NCBI GenBank assembly: GCA_028534125.1
Contig: CM052831.1
Coordinates: 23,746,001 to 23,810,000 of the forward strand
DNA length: 64,000 nucleotides
Direction of reading: 5' to 3'
Origin: Lama glama
Lineage: Eukaryota
The notes below the pieces were generated by a model that searched no databases, had not been told where the DNA came from, and saw only the letters and a program-made list of their open reading frames with translations. Position 1 is the stretch's first letter. Each line of letters opens with the position of its first letter. The position numbers were made by a program, and so were the translations under genes. Positions 24,101-36,499 of the stretch are shown here, piece by piece.

Positions 24101-27100
24101 ACCTGGATGCTGCTGCTGCCAGGCAGCCCAATGGGGTGTGTCGAGCCGGGTTCGAGCGGCAGCACAGCCTGCCCAGTTCTGAGTATCTTGGGGCTGATGG
24201 AGGCCTCTACCAGGTACTTGATGAGAACATCCTGGGGAAGGGAAGTGCGTGGGGCTTAAGGCTTTGTCCAGAGGCTCGAAGGGTTCACTTGGGTCAGTGA
24301 TGCAGCCCAGAGCTCTGGGCCCTTGCCACGCTGCACCCTGGATGGCAGCCTGTCCCCTCAGACCCCACTTCCATCCTCCCAGATCCCGCCACAGCCTCGC
24401 CGAGCAGCACCCGCCACCCCACCCCCACCTGTGAAGCGCCGAGACCGTGAGGCCCTGGTGGCCTTGGGGAGCGGTGAGAAGCCGGGGTTGGGGGAATTGG
24501 GAGTCACCCTGTGCTCGGAATGGTTGCTGTGCCTGTGTCAGGTCCAGGCTTTGGGGGAAGACAGGGCACATGACGGGGCAACTGGGGGCTCTGGGCTTGG
24601 TGGGGAGGGTCTGGCAGGGGAACTGGGCCCTGTACGGGGGTCAGGGGCTCTGGGCTTGGAGGGTGGGGGACCCCAAGAAACAGTTCCAGCACAGCATCTG
24701 CTCTCTGCCCACAGGCGGCCGCAACACCACACCCTCCGGGGGGAGTTCTGTGTCCAGCGGCTCCTCTGTCAGCAGCACCTCCCTTGACACGCTCTATACC
24801 GGCTCCAGCTCATCTGAGCCAGGCCCCAGCTGCTCACCCACGCCCCCACCTGTGCCCCGCCGAGGCACCCACACCACTGTGTCCCAAGCTCAGCCCCCTC
24901 CCTCAAAGGTGCCAAATCCTGAGCCCTCTACAGAGGAGGTGACAGGTGATACAGCCTCGGCCCCCGATGAGCTGGAGGCCCTGGGTGCGCTAAGCTTGGG
25001 GACCACAGAGGAGAAGGCCGTGACTGAGACTGCCGTGCCCAGGACCATCGGGGCAGAGCTGATGGAGCTCGTGCGGAGAAACACCGGCCTGAGTCACGAG
25101 CTGTGCCGCGTGGCCATTGGTGTCGTGGTGGGTCACATCCAGGCCTCCGTGCCGGCCAGCTCACCTGTCATGGAGCAGGTCCTCCTCTCGCTGGTAGAGG
25201 GCAAGGTGAGGGTGGGCAGCAGAGCCAGGGGCCTCCCCATCCTGAGCCCACCCTGCTGCCCCCACCCTATCCCCACCCTCACACTGTGTCTGGCCCTTAC
25301 CTGACAGGTATTGTTGAGCTCCAGCTCTCAGCTTCATCGTGCTGGGTGCTGGGGATATGATGGAGAAAGGGAGGAAGAGCGTTCCAGGCAGAGATTCAGC
25401 CAGGATGAGGGCCATGAGGCAGGACCGAACTTGGCTCATGGGAGGGAGTGCAATAAGGCCAGCATGGCTGGAACATGGAGTCAGGGAGAGAGCAGGGAGT
25501 GTGGGAGGAGGTGAGATCTGGGGCAGGTGACAGATGAGACAGATGTGGGTGGCCAAGAGGTCTCTCAGGCTGCAGGGAAGGAATGGACATAGGACACGAG
25601 AGAGGGCAGTGCTTTGCTGGCCTTGGCTGTGGAGTCTCAAGAGCTATGGCAGAGGCCAGAGGGCTGACCCAGATGTGAGTGAGGTGTGTGGACATCATAG
25701 GGTGTGTGGGGTCCTTTGTCGATGTTGGGTCACTCGTCAGGGATCAGGATGGGAGGGTATGAGCCCAGTCCACACAGTGGGGGCCAGATGGGCCAGAGGT
25801 CCCTCCTCAGGGCTCCACTCTGTGTAGAATCAGGGAGTGGAGTCTGAGTCACATTCAGGCAGTGACGGAGTCCATGGCCTTCCTCGTGGAGGACATTTAT
25901 TCGGATCTGGACAAGAGGCAAGTAATTGGAAAACACCCCCACAGATGTGTCCTATGCAGAGTCCCGTCCCAGGAGGTTATCACGACTTGAGGGTGGTGGA
26001 ATTACTTGGAGAGGGGGTAGAGAACTGGGCCGGTGCCATCGGGAGCCTTGATGTTGAGAGCTGAGCTGTGGGAACGGGTCTTTTGTGGGAGCTTGATGGG
26101 GAGCAGTGAGGAGGAAGGAAGAGAACCTGGGAGGATGCTGACTGGGAGAGGCCGAGCCCCTTCCCAGACCTCATGGTCCGGGTTGAGCTCCAGGCCTCCG
26201 GGGCCTGCTGGAGATGGTGGGGGCAAGTGCGCTGAGTCAGGCCTCACCCTCTCCCTGCAGGACTTAAGCACTGCCCTGCCCTCAGGGCAGGTCTGCCATG
26301 ACCAGCAGCGGCTGGAGGTGATCTTTGCAGACCTGGCTCGGCGGAAGGACGATGCCCAGCAGCGCAGCTGGGCCCTGTATGAGGACGAGAGTGTCATCCG
26401 CTGCTACCTGGAGGAGCTGCTGCACATTCTGGTGCGGGGTGGGGGCCCCCAGGTAGCCCCCACCCTGCCCCATCCTCCCTTCCCAGCGTGAAGGAGTCTC
26501 CCCTGCTCATCCTCTGCCCACTCACATGTAGCCACTGAGTGACCCATCGCGCATCCTCCTCCCCACAGACGGACGCAGACCCTGAAGTTTGCAAGAAAAT
26601 GTGCAAGAGAAACGAGTTCGAGTCTGTCCTGGCCTTGGTGGCCTACTACCAAATGGTGTGTGTGAGGCAGAGGGGATCGGGGCATGGAGGGACCTGGGCA
26701 GAGGTGGGAGTTCCAGGCACTGAGCACACAAGGTCCCCTGCCAGGAGCACCGGGTGTCCCTGCGGCTGCTGCTTCTCAAGTGCTTTGGCGCCATGTGCAG
26801 CCTGGACGCAGCCATCATCTCCACACTCGTGTCATCTGTGCTGCCCGTGGAGCTGGCACGGGACATGCAGACAGACACACAGGGTGAGACTGGGGGAGCT
26901 TCCTGCCAGCTGGGGGCTTTCCCACCATCTGGGGGGGCTCTAACCACCTGCTTTGCTCCCCCACAGACCACCAGAAACTCTGTTACTCCGCCCTCATCCT
27001 GGCCATGGTCTTCTCCATGGGGGAGGCAGTGCCCTATGCACACTATGGTAAGAAGGCAGAGCAGCTGACCACAGGGAGCCCACAGCCAGCTGGAGATGGG

Positions 27101-30100
27101 AGCCGTGGCCTGAGGGGCTGGTGACCCACTGACCATAATCTGACAGAGCGTCCCCAGGGCTCACAGGAACCCCGGGAGGCTGGGCGGTGTCGAGGGTGGG
27201 GCAGGGCTGCCAGCTTCTGTGTGCCCCCCTCCCAGAGCACCTGGGCACACCCTTTGCCCAGTTCCTGCTGAACATCGTCGAGGATGGGCTGCCTCTGGAC
27301 ACCACGGAGCAGCTGCCGGATCTCTGCATGAACCTACTTCTGGCTCTCAACTTGCACCTGCCAGGTGGGGGCGGGGCCCAGCCAGGGTGGCTGACCCGCC
27401 AGGAAGAGGGCGCTCCCCAGGCTTAGCACCTGTGCTCTCGTCTACACCCATGTCCTCCCTCAGCCCCTGACCAGAACGTCATCATGGCCGCCCTGAGCAA
27501 ACACGCCAACGTCAAGATCTTCTCCGAGAAGCTGCTGTTGCTCCTGAACAGAGGAGGTGAGCCCAGGAATCTGTGCAGCGCCACTTCAGTGTCCTGTGAC
27601 TCCACGGCCCCCATCACTCCCCGGAGTGACTCTGGGCCCCCCTCTAGGGCCTCCCTGACCCCTCCTGCCCCTGCCTTCCAGACGACCCCGTGCGCATCTT
27701 CAAACATGAGCCACAGCCGCCACACTCCATCCTGAAGTTCCTGCAGGACGTGTTCGCCAGCCCTGCCACGGCTGCTATCTTCTACCACACGGACATGATG
27801 GCGCTCATCGACATCACCGTGCGTCACATCGCCGACCTGTCGCCTGGAGACAAGGTGCCTGGAGGCTGCTGCCGAGGGGATGGTAGCTGGGTGAAAACGG
27901 TGACAAAATGGGGGGACGTGACACTGAAGGCATGTCCCACAGGTGAGGGGCACTGCTGGAGCCAGGTGAGTGTGGGTGGCCGCTTGGAAACCGTGACAGG
28001 AGTGCCAAGGTCCAGAGGAGTCTGCCATCATGTGATGGGGGGCTGTCTGGAGGAAGCAGGAATGGAGGGACACAAGAAGAGGAAGTGGCATTGACACCAA
28101 GCCTTGGAGGCTGCAGTGGGAGGTTGTCACCCCGACTCAGAGGCAGGGGAAGTGATCTGATTAGCATTCCGAATGGAACGGAGACTCTGAGGGATCACAG
28201 TGGAAGTGGGATGCTGGCTAGGACCCAGCCGTAGCTGTCCAAGTGGCATGGATGGGGTGGGAGGGGAGGTCACGTGTGTTAGAAGTGGGCTGGCAGGGCT
28301 CACTGCTGGGTTAGTCTGGAGTGATTGGGTAGATGAAGTGCTGATTGCTGAGGTGGGGCAGAACTTTGGGGAGAAAAATAAAGTTGTGTTTAGATGTGTC
28401 AAGGTTGAGAAGCTACCTGCTGGACATCCAGGTACGGAGGACGTCAGGGAGGAAGTGGGGTGTGGGCTGGGACTGGAAAGAGACACTTGGAGTTGCCTGT
28501 GCATAGAGGTGATGGAAAAACTGTGACAGTGAGGTCACCTTGGGTGTGAGATGGAGGGGTCAGAAGTAAGCTCAGGCCTCAGCCTGGGGCAGAGTTGAGG
28601 CAAGTAGGGAGACACTCAGGAGGAAAACCAGGAGAGCTAGAGCCCAAAGCCATGTGATTAGAGGCAGGGGGGGATGAGCCCTGGATTTGCCACACGGAGG
28701 TCGGGGGTGACCAGCAAGCAATGTCAGTGGAGTGGAGGGAAGAGAGTCTGTGTGGAAAGTTGAAGAGAGGATTTGAACTTGGAGGGGAGTGAAAGGGGGC
28801 AAGTGGGAGCAGTGAAGGGGAGCAGAAAAAAGTGGAGGGAGTCACTGGAGGGAGCTGTGGGGTCAGGGAAAATGTTTTAAAGGTGAGAGATGCTGGTGCA
28901 CGTCTCAGCCACAAGAAATGACCCAGCAAATGGGGAGGACTGACTAATGTGTTGGGAGAGTGGCCACTACAGGGGTCAAGCAGAAGTCAAATAGATCAGG
29001 CAGCGGGAGCGGGGAGGATCCAGACCCCGTGGAGGGATGGCCCTGACCGGAGCTGGGGCAGCTCATTCGGTGGGAATGAGTGAGGTGGGTGCAAAGGGGA
29101 AGACCAGTGGTGTCTGAAGACTGCTTGTTTCCTCCATGAAGCACAAGGCCAGCTGACCAGGCAGTTGAGGTTGGGAAAACAGAGAAGGTGGTCCTTCAAT
29201 GAGGTCCTTCAAGTGGTCCTTCAAATGGTTCAAGTGGTCCTTCAAGGAGGAGTGAACGTGCCAGAGAAAAGTGGTGGGAGTCTAGGCGGTGAGATCTGTG
29301 GTGGGGAATGGCATTCCTGCCTGTGCACGGCCCTGTAGTTGTCTGCCGCTTAAATACTAGGATTAGATTTGCAGGTGCTTTTTCATTTGACCAGGGTTGG
29401 GAGGTAGCAGGGTGATGCTGCCTTCAGGTGGTTTTGATATTCATTCCTCTAATCGGAGGTAAAGAGAGAAATGAGAGATGGTGTGGGGGGATCCAGATCA
29501 GTGGACGGGGTGGGGGGGTCTCAGGATAAGGAGCTGGTAAAGCCAGAAGTGCTGGGAGAGTGGGTGGGGTGGAGATGGATTCAGGGCACCTGCAGAAGTT
29601 AAGACAGCCAGGTCTCAGGGATGGACTGGATTTGGGTTGTGGGGAGAGAGGAATCAGAGAGGATGCCTACAGTTTTGGCTCGAGCATTTGAAAGGATAGC
29701 AGTGCTCTTCATTAACATAAAGAACCTGAAAAGGCCCTCAGCTTTGGGAAGACCAGGAAGATCATGAGGTCTCTATGTGATAAGCAGATAACAAGTGGGC
29801 AGACGGATATTTAGGTCTAGAGCTCACTGGAGAGCCTAGGCAAGAGGTATGAGTGTTGGTCAGAATTTGAAGCTGTGAGCGTAAACCAGATTTTCCAGGC
29901 TGTGAGGACAGACTAAGAAGTGGAGGGCCTCGGACAGACAGACAGCAGCCCCACGAGAGCCCAGCATTAAAGGTGGGGTGGGGGCTCGCTGCTTCCCCTC
30001 ACCACCTCTCTGAGCCAGGACTTCCTGGGCCGGCCCTATTCTGGGACTGTGTGTCTGAGATGATTCACATATTCACTTACTTATTCAACGACTATCAAAG

Positions 30101-30483
30101 GCCATTTCTGTGCTGGGTACATTCTGGGTGCCGGGGATGCAATCCTGATGTTCAGTGGTGTGAGATAGTCCACAGCCCTGGATCCATGTGGCTGCCAGGA
30201 GGCAGCAGTGGCCTCTCCGTGTCTGACAGCAGTCGCAGTGCCTCCCTGGGGTCCCTGAGCTTGCCTGCTCTTCCCGCAGCTGCGCATGGAGTACCTCTCC
30301 CTGATGCACGCTGTGGTCCGCTCCACGCCCTACCTGCAGCACCGCCATCGGCTCCCTGACCTGCAGGCCACACTGCGACGCATCCTAACTGAGGAGGACA
30401 CCTCACCCCAGTGCCAGATGGACCGCATGATTGTCCGAGAGATGTGCAAAGAATTCCCAGTGCTGGGTGAGGCCCCCAGCTAG
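21019..30483 (+). CDS. NCKIPSD: NCK-interacting protein with SH3 domain (SPIN90/DIP/WISH), 13 exons, 721 aa
   Basis: N-terminal SH3 domain ([18 protein letters not shown]...WW...GYVPPAY), Pro/Ser-rich middle, Leu-rich C-terminus. Exons total 2166 nt, all introns GT-AG. Confidence 0.98.
22510..22780. repeat. TC-rich low-complexity tract in NCKIPSD intron 1
   Basis: (TC)n core at about 22682-22700 with degenerate flanks. Confidence 0.8.
23701..23810 (+). CDS. NCKIPSD: NCKIPSD exon 2
   Basis: cag|GLEQDVLQ...RGVL; CA|gtgagt. Confidence 0.95.
24009..24213 (+). CDS. NCKIPSD: NCKIPSD exon 3
   Basis: KLIHHRKE...GGLYQ|gtactt. Confidence 0.95.
24362..24473 (+). CDS. NCKIPSD: NCKIPSD exon 4 (alternative in-frame acceptor at 24383)
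   Basis: [14 protein letters not shown]...ALGS; G|gtgaga. Confidence 0.9.
24715..25205 (+). CDS. NCKIPSD: NCKIPSD exon 5
   Basis: GRNTTPSGG...SLVEGK|gtgagg. Confidence 0.95.
26261..26431 (+). CDS. NCKIPSD: NCKIPSD exon 6
   Basis: DLSTALP...LLHIL|gtgcgg. Confidence 0.95.
26569..26655 (+). CDS. NCKIPSD: NCKIPSD exon 7
   Basis: TDADPEV...AYYQM|gtgtgt. Confidence 0.95.
26745..26883 (+). CDS. NCKIPSD: NCKIPSD exon 8
   Basis: EHRVSLRLL...QTDTQ; G|gtgaga. Confidence 0.95.
26967..27047 (+). CDS. NCKIPSD: NCKIPSD exon 9
   Basis: HQKLCYS...PYAHY; G|gtaaga. Confidence 0.95.
27236..27364 (+). CDS. NCKIPSD: NCKIPSD exon 10
   Basis: HLGTPFAQ...NLHLP; G|gtgggg. Confidence 0.95.
27464..27556 (+). CDS. 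NCKIPSD: NCKIPSD exon 11
   Basis: PDQNVIM...LLNRG; G|gtgagc. Confidence 0.95.
27682..27854 (+). CDS. NCKIPSD: NCKIPSD exon 12
   Basis: DPVRIFKHE...SPGDK|gtgcct. Confidence 0.95.
27900..29960 (-). mobile_element. Highly degenerate L2-like relics in NCKIPSD intron 12
   Basis: Purine-rich degenerate sequence with L2-type motifs (GGACATCCAGGT...GGAGGACGTC; TCTAGAGCTCA...GGAGAG). Confidence 0.4.
30280..30483 (+). CDS. NCKIPSD: NCKIPSD exon 13 (last)
   Basis: cag|LRMEYLSL...GEAPS* (TAG 30481-30483). Confidence 0.96.
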   Translation: MRMEYLSLMHAVVRSTPYLQHRHRLPDLQATLRRILTEEDTSPQCQMDRMIVREMCKEFPVLGEAPS

Positions 30484-31140
30484 CACCTCCTTTCCTCCTT
30501 TCCCTGCAGCCCTGGGCAGGGTGCAGGGGACTTGGAGCCTTGGCCCTAAGAACGTTTTACACTGACAGTGTGAGGGGAGGTGATGGTGGAAGGGACCTGA
30601 GCAGGGGCCCCCACCTGAAGTAGAGCTAATGCGAGGGGCCAAGCACAGTATCGCGGACCATGTGCTGGGAGCTCTGCAGGAGCAGGGGGACCATGTGCAC
30701 CGAATGAAGCCCCTCCATCTCCCGGTCGGCTGCCTCTTCAGCATGCCCCCCACCCCCACACACGTACACCCAGAGTCCTGCTGCTGCTCCAGGCTGGGCC
30801 AGAGCCCTCATAACCGCCCTGCCTGGTCTGTGTCCTGGGCCTCAGCAAGCCACGTCCTCGGGGTGAGAGGAGGCACCTTCTGCCAGCTCTGTTCTTTGCC
30901 TTAGCTTTGCAGTGAGTGCTGCTCATGTGATCTGCTCCCCCAGCCCTCACTCCCACCCCTGGAGGTCTTGGCCAGGCTGCTGCTTTCAAAGCAGAATCTT
31001 GGAGACAGGCCATCCATCCTGGAGCCTCACAGAGTGGGGTGATGGCAACGATAAAGCCAATGACAGAATCTATTTTCTCTGTAAAAATGTAGACTGAAAA
31101 GCCATGTGTATTTTCCTATGTGCTGCAGCTCACCTTTGGA

Positions 31141-31146
31141 AATAAA
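31141..31146 (+). terminator. NCKIPSD: NCKIPSD polyA signal AATAAA
   Basis: Canonical hexamer about 660 nt after the stop, with UGUA elements upstream. Confidence 0.8.
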
Positions 31147-34100
31147 TCACAGGCATCTGGAAACCAGCTTCCCTGTATGGTCCTGGGTGGCAGTGGGAGA
31201 GGATGGGCAGGGGCGCTGGGGCCTCCAGATCTCGTCACTAGCTTGCCCTGCCCGCTCCAGCCTGAGGATGTAATGGTCTCTGAGAGGCCTTTCCATCCAG
31301 GTCCCTTGAGCTCTGTTCCAGCCTCTCTTCCCTGGGTTCCCAGTCCTCCTGGGCCGCAGCCACAGCCAGCAGGAGTCCTGTGGTCCACCTGCGGGTAGCT
31401 GCCCCTCCAGGCTTCACTTACCTCCTTCTCTCCCTTGGATGCCATCTCTCTCTTGCCTGTTGAAGACAACATCCTTTACTGTTGTTCTCAAATGAAGTGG
31501 GCTCTACCCTAGCCCTGGCCTCCCTGAACCCCTAGGCCTGCCCAGCTGTTTCCCTTCCTCAGTTGTCATTGGATCTAGCAAGATCTCCTCATTTTGCAGC
31601 CTCAGCACAGATTTGATAATTATGGTAGGACAAAAAGAGTACCTCAGGTGTGGGGTTAGATGTGCACTACTGTTTGAGGGGAATTAGAAGCCACCGTTTG
31701 ACAAAAACTTTATTTTCCCTTTGGGCTCCCAAGTCAACAAAGTCTGTCGCCGTAAGTGGGGAGGAGAGTACAAACCAATAGGCAGACAGCAGCTAGCAGT
31801 GGATCCCATCAGTTCCCTCCATTGTGGTACCCAAGACGATGCTCATCAGATTGCACACACCCAGAATCACTGATGCTGTGACTTCTGGTCACCGCTTTTC
31901 CTTTCTCATTGTGCTGAAGGCAGAGGGCCATTACCCTTCCAGCAGAGTGTAATGCAGCAAGGGCCCAGAAAGGCCAGTCTAGGAGTGAGGTCTTGGGGAA
32001 ACAGGTCCACGAGAGCAAAGCACAGGAGATGTGCCAACAGGGAGTTGTTCTTCCTGAACTGTTGACTCTTCTAGAAGGTTAAGTGCACAGGCTCACGTGG
32101 ACCTGAGGAGGAGCTAACAAAATGGCCCCCAGGAAAGCTGTGTGTGGTACAACCTGGTCACCCTTCCTCCTGGAGGCCTGTGCCTCCTGTTTCACAGCTG
32201 GAATCAGTGGCACTGGCTTCCAGTCACGACTCCTTTCTCTTTGGAATGCTGAAGGCAGAGAACCATGGATCTCCTCCTGAGACAGCGTAATTCAGTGGTA
32301 AGCACAAGTCCTCAGGAAGCTGAGGCAGGAACATCTGATGGCCTCCGTGCCTTGCTTTGTCCCCTGTTAGGCTGCACACACTGGCCTTGTGGGAAGAGCA
32401 GGGCTGTGCTGTGCCATCTGTCCCAGTGCAGGCCCCATGCCGAGATGACTATAAGCCCCTGAGTGCTTCGGCCTGATTGTCCAAGGGCCCCTTGTACATG
32501 TTTTAAGGGGGGCAGGAGCCCCAGCTGACAGAGAAATGCTGTCTCCTGGCAGCAAACATACACCAAGAGGGTCCAGGACTCCAGGACCCCTCAGCAAACA
32601 CCTTGATGATGGTCTCACTACACAGAATTACAACCACCAGGGGAAATGATTAGCCAGAGAATTCCTCAGGGAAGGAACTGTCTGTTTGAGAGAATACCTC
32701 TGACTGCCTGGAAGGATGGTAGATGTAGGAAGTGGTTAGGCAGGAGACAGGGCAGAAAAAGAAGTAAGCCACTGAAAGGGGAGTGTTTGGGGGGTGGCTG
32801 AAGGAAAAAACTCAAATTTTGAGGGGCAATGAGGGGCGGGGGATTGAGCTGACTTCTGGGCTGGAAATGGGTGCCTACAGATGTGGACATGACCAAGGAC
32901 AACAGGCCACACACATGCATAAGGCAACTCCGGGGTAAGGGGTTGTGTGAAGACCACCTGCCTGCTTAGCCCCCAAAAGATGCAGACTAAGGCTCCAAGT
33001 ATGTGAGGACAGTTTTTTTCTCTTGTTCAATGGGAGAACAACATACTAAGAAGTGTACAGTACACAAAGAGTACAGCTTAATGAATTATGACAGGATGCT
33101 AATATAATCACCACCCAGGTCAAGAATGGAGTGTCACCAGTTTCCAAAGCCCATTTGCATGCCCCTCTTAATCATTGGCTCCTCCCTTCTCCCCAGACCT
33201 CCTCCCTAGAGGTAATTACAGATAAGTTTTGCCTGTTTTTGAATTTTATTTATAAATGCAATCATACAGTAGAAATGCTGGCTTCGTCACACACCATCAA
33301 ATTTTTGAGATGTGTCTGTGTCATAGTATGTGGTTGCAGTGTGTTCATTCCCAGTGCTGTGTGGGATACGCCCCCAGTTATTTATCCACTATTGATGACC
33401 TTTCAGTTGTCGCCAAGTTTCACCTATCACGAATAGTGCTGTAAGCAGTACTGCTGTACATGGCTGCTTCTTGCACATATGCATTATATTGAGGGGTATA
33501 TGCTCAAGCGTGGAACTGCAGAGTCACAGGCAGATATTGCCAAATGGTTTTCCAAAGTGGTTGTACCCAGGTACCCTCCTCCAGTAGTGTCTGAGTTCCA
33601 GCTCTTCCATATCTTTTCCGAAACTTAGTATTGTCCGTCATTTGTTTTGTAGTCATTCTGGTGAAGCACAGTAGTATTTATTTTTAAATTTGCATCTCCA
33701 CAATGACTAAAGAAGTTAAGCACCTTTTCATTAGTTTACCTCTATTTGGATCTCCTCTTGTGAAGCACCTGTTCAAATCTCTTGCCCATTCATCTGCTGG
33801 GTTGTCTGTCTTTTATTGGTTTGCAGTATGTATTCCAGATATGAGTCCTTGGGTCGTATATCTTACACTGTCTTCTTCCATTATTAATGCTATCTTTTGG
33901 TGAAAGGAAGTTCTTAATTGTAATGTAATCCAGTTTTTCAGTATTTTCCTTTATGGTGAGTATATTTTGTGTCCTGTTTGAAAAAAATCTTTGCCGAAAG
34001 CTTCTGTGTTCTCTTCTCAAAGCTGTATTGTCTTTCTTTTCATATGTCAAATCTATCTGGAATTGATTGTGTGGGTAGTATGAAGTAAGGATCTCACTGA

Positions 34101-34395
34101 GTTTGTTCTGCATGGATGTCCAGTTGACTCGGCACCATTTATTGAAAAGGCCATCCTTTCCTCATGTTGGCTCTTAAGAGCCACCCTTGTCAATATCCAA
34201 GTCTCCACACATCTTCAAGCCCCTCTCTGGATTTTGTTTCATTGGTCTGTCTATTCTTGAACCAGCAACATTCAGTCTTGGTTTCTATAGCTTTCTTTAT
34301 ATCCAGTAGAGGAAGCTGTTCTCCTACTTGGGTTTTTTTCAGGACTGTCTTGGGTATTCCTGGCCTTCATAACATTTTAGAATCTAGTTTGTCAG

Positions 34396-34398
<3 letters not shown>

Positions 34399-34454
<56 letters not shown>
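34399..34454. repeat. (AC)28 microsatellite
   Basis: Perfect dinucleotide run. Confidence 0.97.
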
Positions 34455-34457
<3 letters not shown>

Positions 34458-34530
34458 ATTTCTACTGAGATTTCTATCAGAGTTGCATTGAATCCATGTA
34501 TCATTTGGGAAGAATTGGCATCTTTGCAGT

Positions 34531-34989
34531 CAGGCATACCTCATTTTATTGCACTATGCATAAAGTGCATCTTTTACAAATTGAAGGTCGGTGGGCAACC
34601 CTGCATCAAGCAAGTCTTTTGGNNNNNNNNNNNNNNNNNNNNNNNNNNNNNNNNNNNNNNNNNNNNNNNNNNNNNNNNNNNNNNNNNNNNNNNNNNNNNN
34701 NNNNNNNNNNNNNNNNNNNNNNNNNNNNNNNNNNNNNNNNNNNNNNNNNNNNNNNNNNNNNGCTGACTGCTCAGATGATAGCATTTTTAAGCAATAAGTA
34801 ATTTTTAATCAAAGTATGTACTTTTTTTAGACATAATGCTATTGCACACTTAGTAGACAAGAGTGTCGTCTAAACATAACTTCTATGTGCCCTGGGAAAC
34901 CAAAAAATTCATGTAACTCGCTTTACTGTGGTATTTGCTTTACTGCAGTGGTCTGGAACTGGACCCATAATATCTCTGAGGTATGTCTG
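34531..34989. mobile_element. Tigger1-derived MITE (about 460 bp) nested in L1
   Basis: Terminal inverted repeats CAGGCATACCTC (34531) and GAGGTATGTCTG (34978-34989). Confidence 0.85.
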
Positions 34990-36499
34990 TGTTGAATCTT
35001 CCAAATCTTTGAACATAGTTTTTCACTCCACTTATGTCTTTATTTCTGTCAATAATGTTTTTTTCTTCCAGTTTTTACTGAGATATAATTGACACATATC
35101 ACTATGTAAGTTTAAGGTATGCAGCATAATAATTTGACTTACATACATCATGAAATGATTATCACAATGTTTAATGTCTATGTGTGTGTGAGAAGAGTCA
35201 TAGCATATCTTTCATTATATTTATTCCTGGCATTTTATGTTACATGATGCTATTGTAAATAGCATCATTAAAATTTTATTTTTTAACTTGATACACAAAA
35301 ATTACAACTGACAAAATTTCTTTTGGATTTTTTTTACGTACACATTCCTGTTGCCTTTGAATGAATTTTTTCCTTTCTAATCCTTGTACCTTTTAATTAA
35401 TTAATTAATTTTGCCTTACTGCACTGGCAAGGCCCTCCAATATAATACTGAGGTTTGTGGTCATGAATGTGAAACGTTTTTCTCTAGCAATGCTCTGCTT
35501 CTCCAAAGACGAGGAATTCCCAAATAGTCTATTTCAAGTGGGGTTAGATTTTAGCCCAGTGAGTTTGTCTAAGAAGTTGTTATAGGACTGGCTAATGGTT
35601 AAGGTGAGGTGACGAATAATAGATTGGAAGTCTTAGTGAGATCAAAGAACTGTTGGATAATTGAGCTGGATGGGTTGGCCAGGTCTTCTGACCTCATCTC
35701 CCAGCAAGGTATCCCTGACTTGACTGGGAGGAAGGAGGGGGCAAACACAGAGTAGGGAGAAAAAAGCATGAGGTGAGTGGCTGAGATGTTCTAGATGGCA
35801 GTGGAAAGAGGACTTGGAAAGAGAAACTATACTTGATTTTTGTCTTTACAGGGAACATTAGAAGCTGCCACTGGGGGTGTGGCATAGAAGTGAGTGTAGA
35901 TGGGGAGGGGGAGGATTACATGGAACAGCAGCCACAAAGGACAATGGTGGATGCTGAATGGCAGGGAGCGACACAGAGAGCCATCTGCAGTCGACAGGGG
36001 AGTCAAGGAGAGGTGTAGGTCTTGGCTCTCCACGAGGAGCATCAGTTGAGGGCAGTGCTAGCCCTAGTGGAGAGCTGGGCTTGACTTCCCTTGGCCACGG
36101 TCCCTTTATGCCTTTGCACTTTTGCCCACACAGCTTCTAAGACCAAGGATGGCTCCCCCTTCCCTTGAAACTGCCGACCTTCTCTTGGCTATTCAAGGCT
36201 CTGCTCAAGCATCTTCGTTGGGAAGCTTTCCCAGATTGCTACATTGGCTGCTCAAGTTCCTCCTCTGGGACCCCAGCATCCCCCTACCTTTCTCTCTCCT
36301 CCGTTAGTGTAAAGTTTTCTGCCTTCCACTAGCTAGATTGTGGACCTGAAGGCCGGATATGCGTTCAGAACCATGTCTTTGGCCTCCCTCCTCCAGCTCC
36401 TTCGTGGACTGGACCCCCATCCAACCGAGTCCCGACTTCAGCGCCTCTTCAGATGCTACACCTTCACGCTTATAGGACCGTATATCTGGCTCTGGCCTT

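Larger units (their letters stand above)
33015..35460 (-). mobile_element. Fragmented old L1 (L1M-type) with nested insertions
   Basis: CCAAATGGTTTTCCAAAGTGGTTGTACC; GCACCATTTATTGAAAAG; TTGCATTGAATC; TTGCCTTACTGCACTGGC. A second L1 3' end lies at about 35060-35170. Confidence 0.75.
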
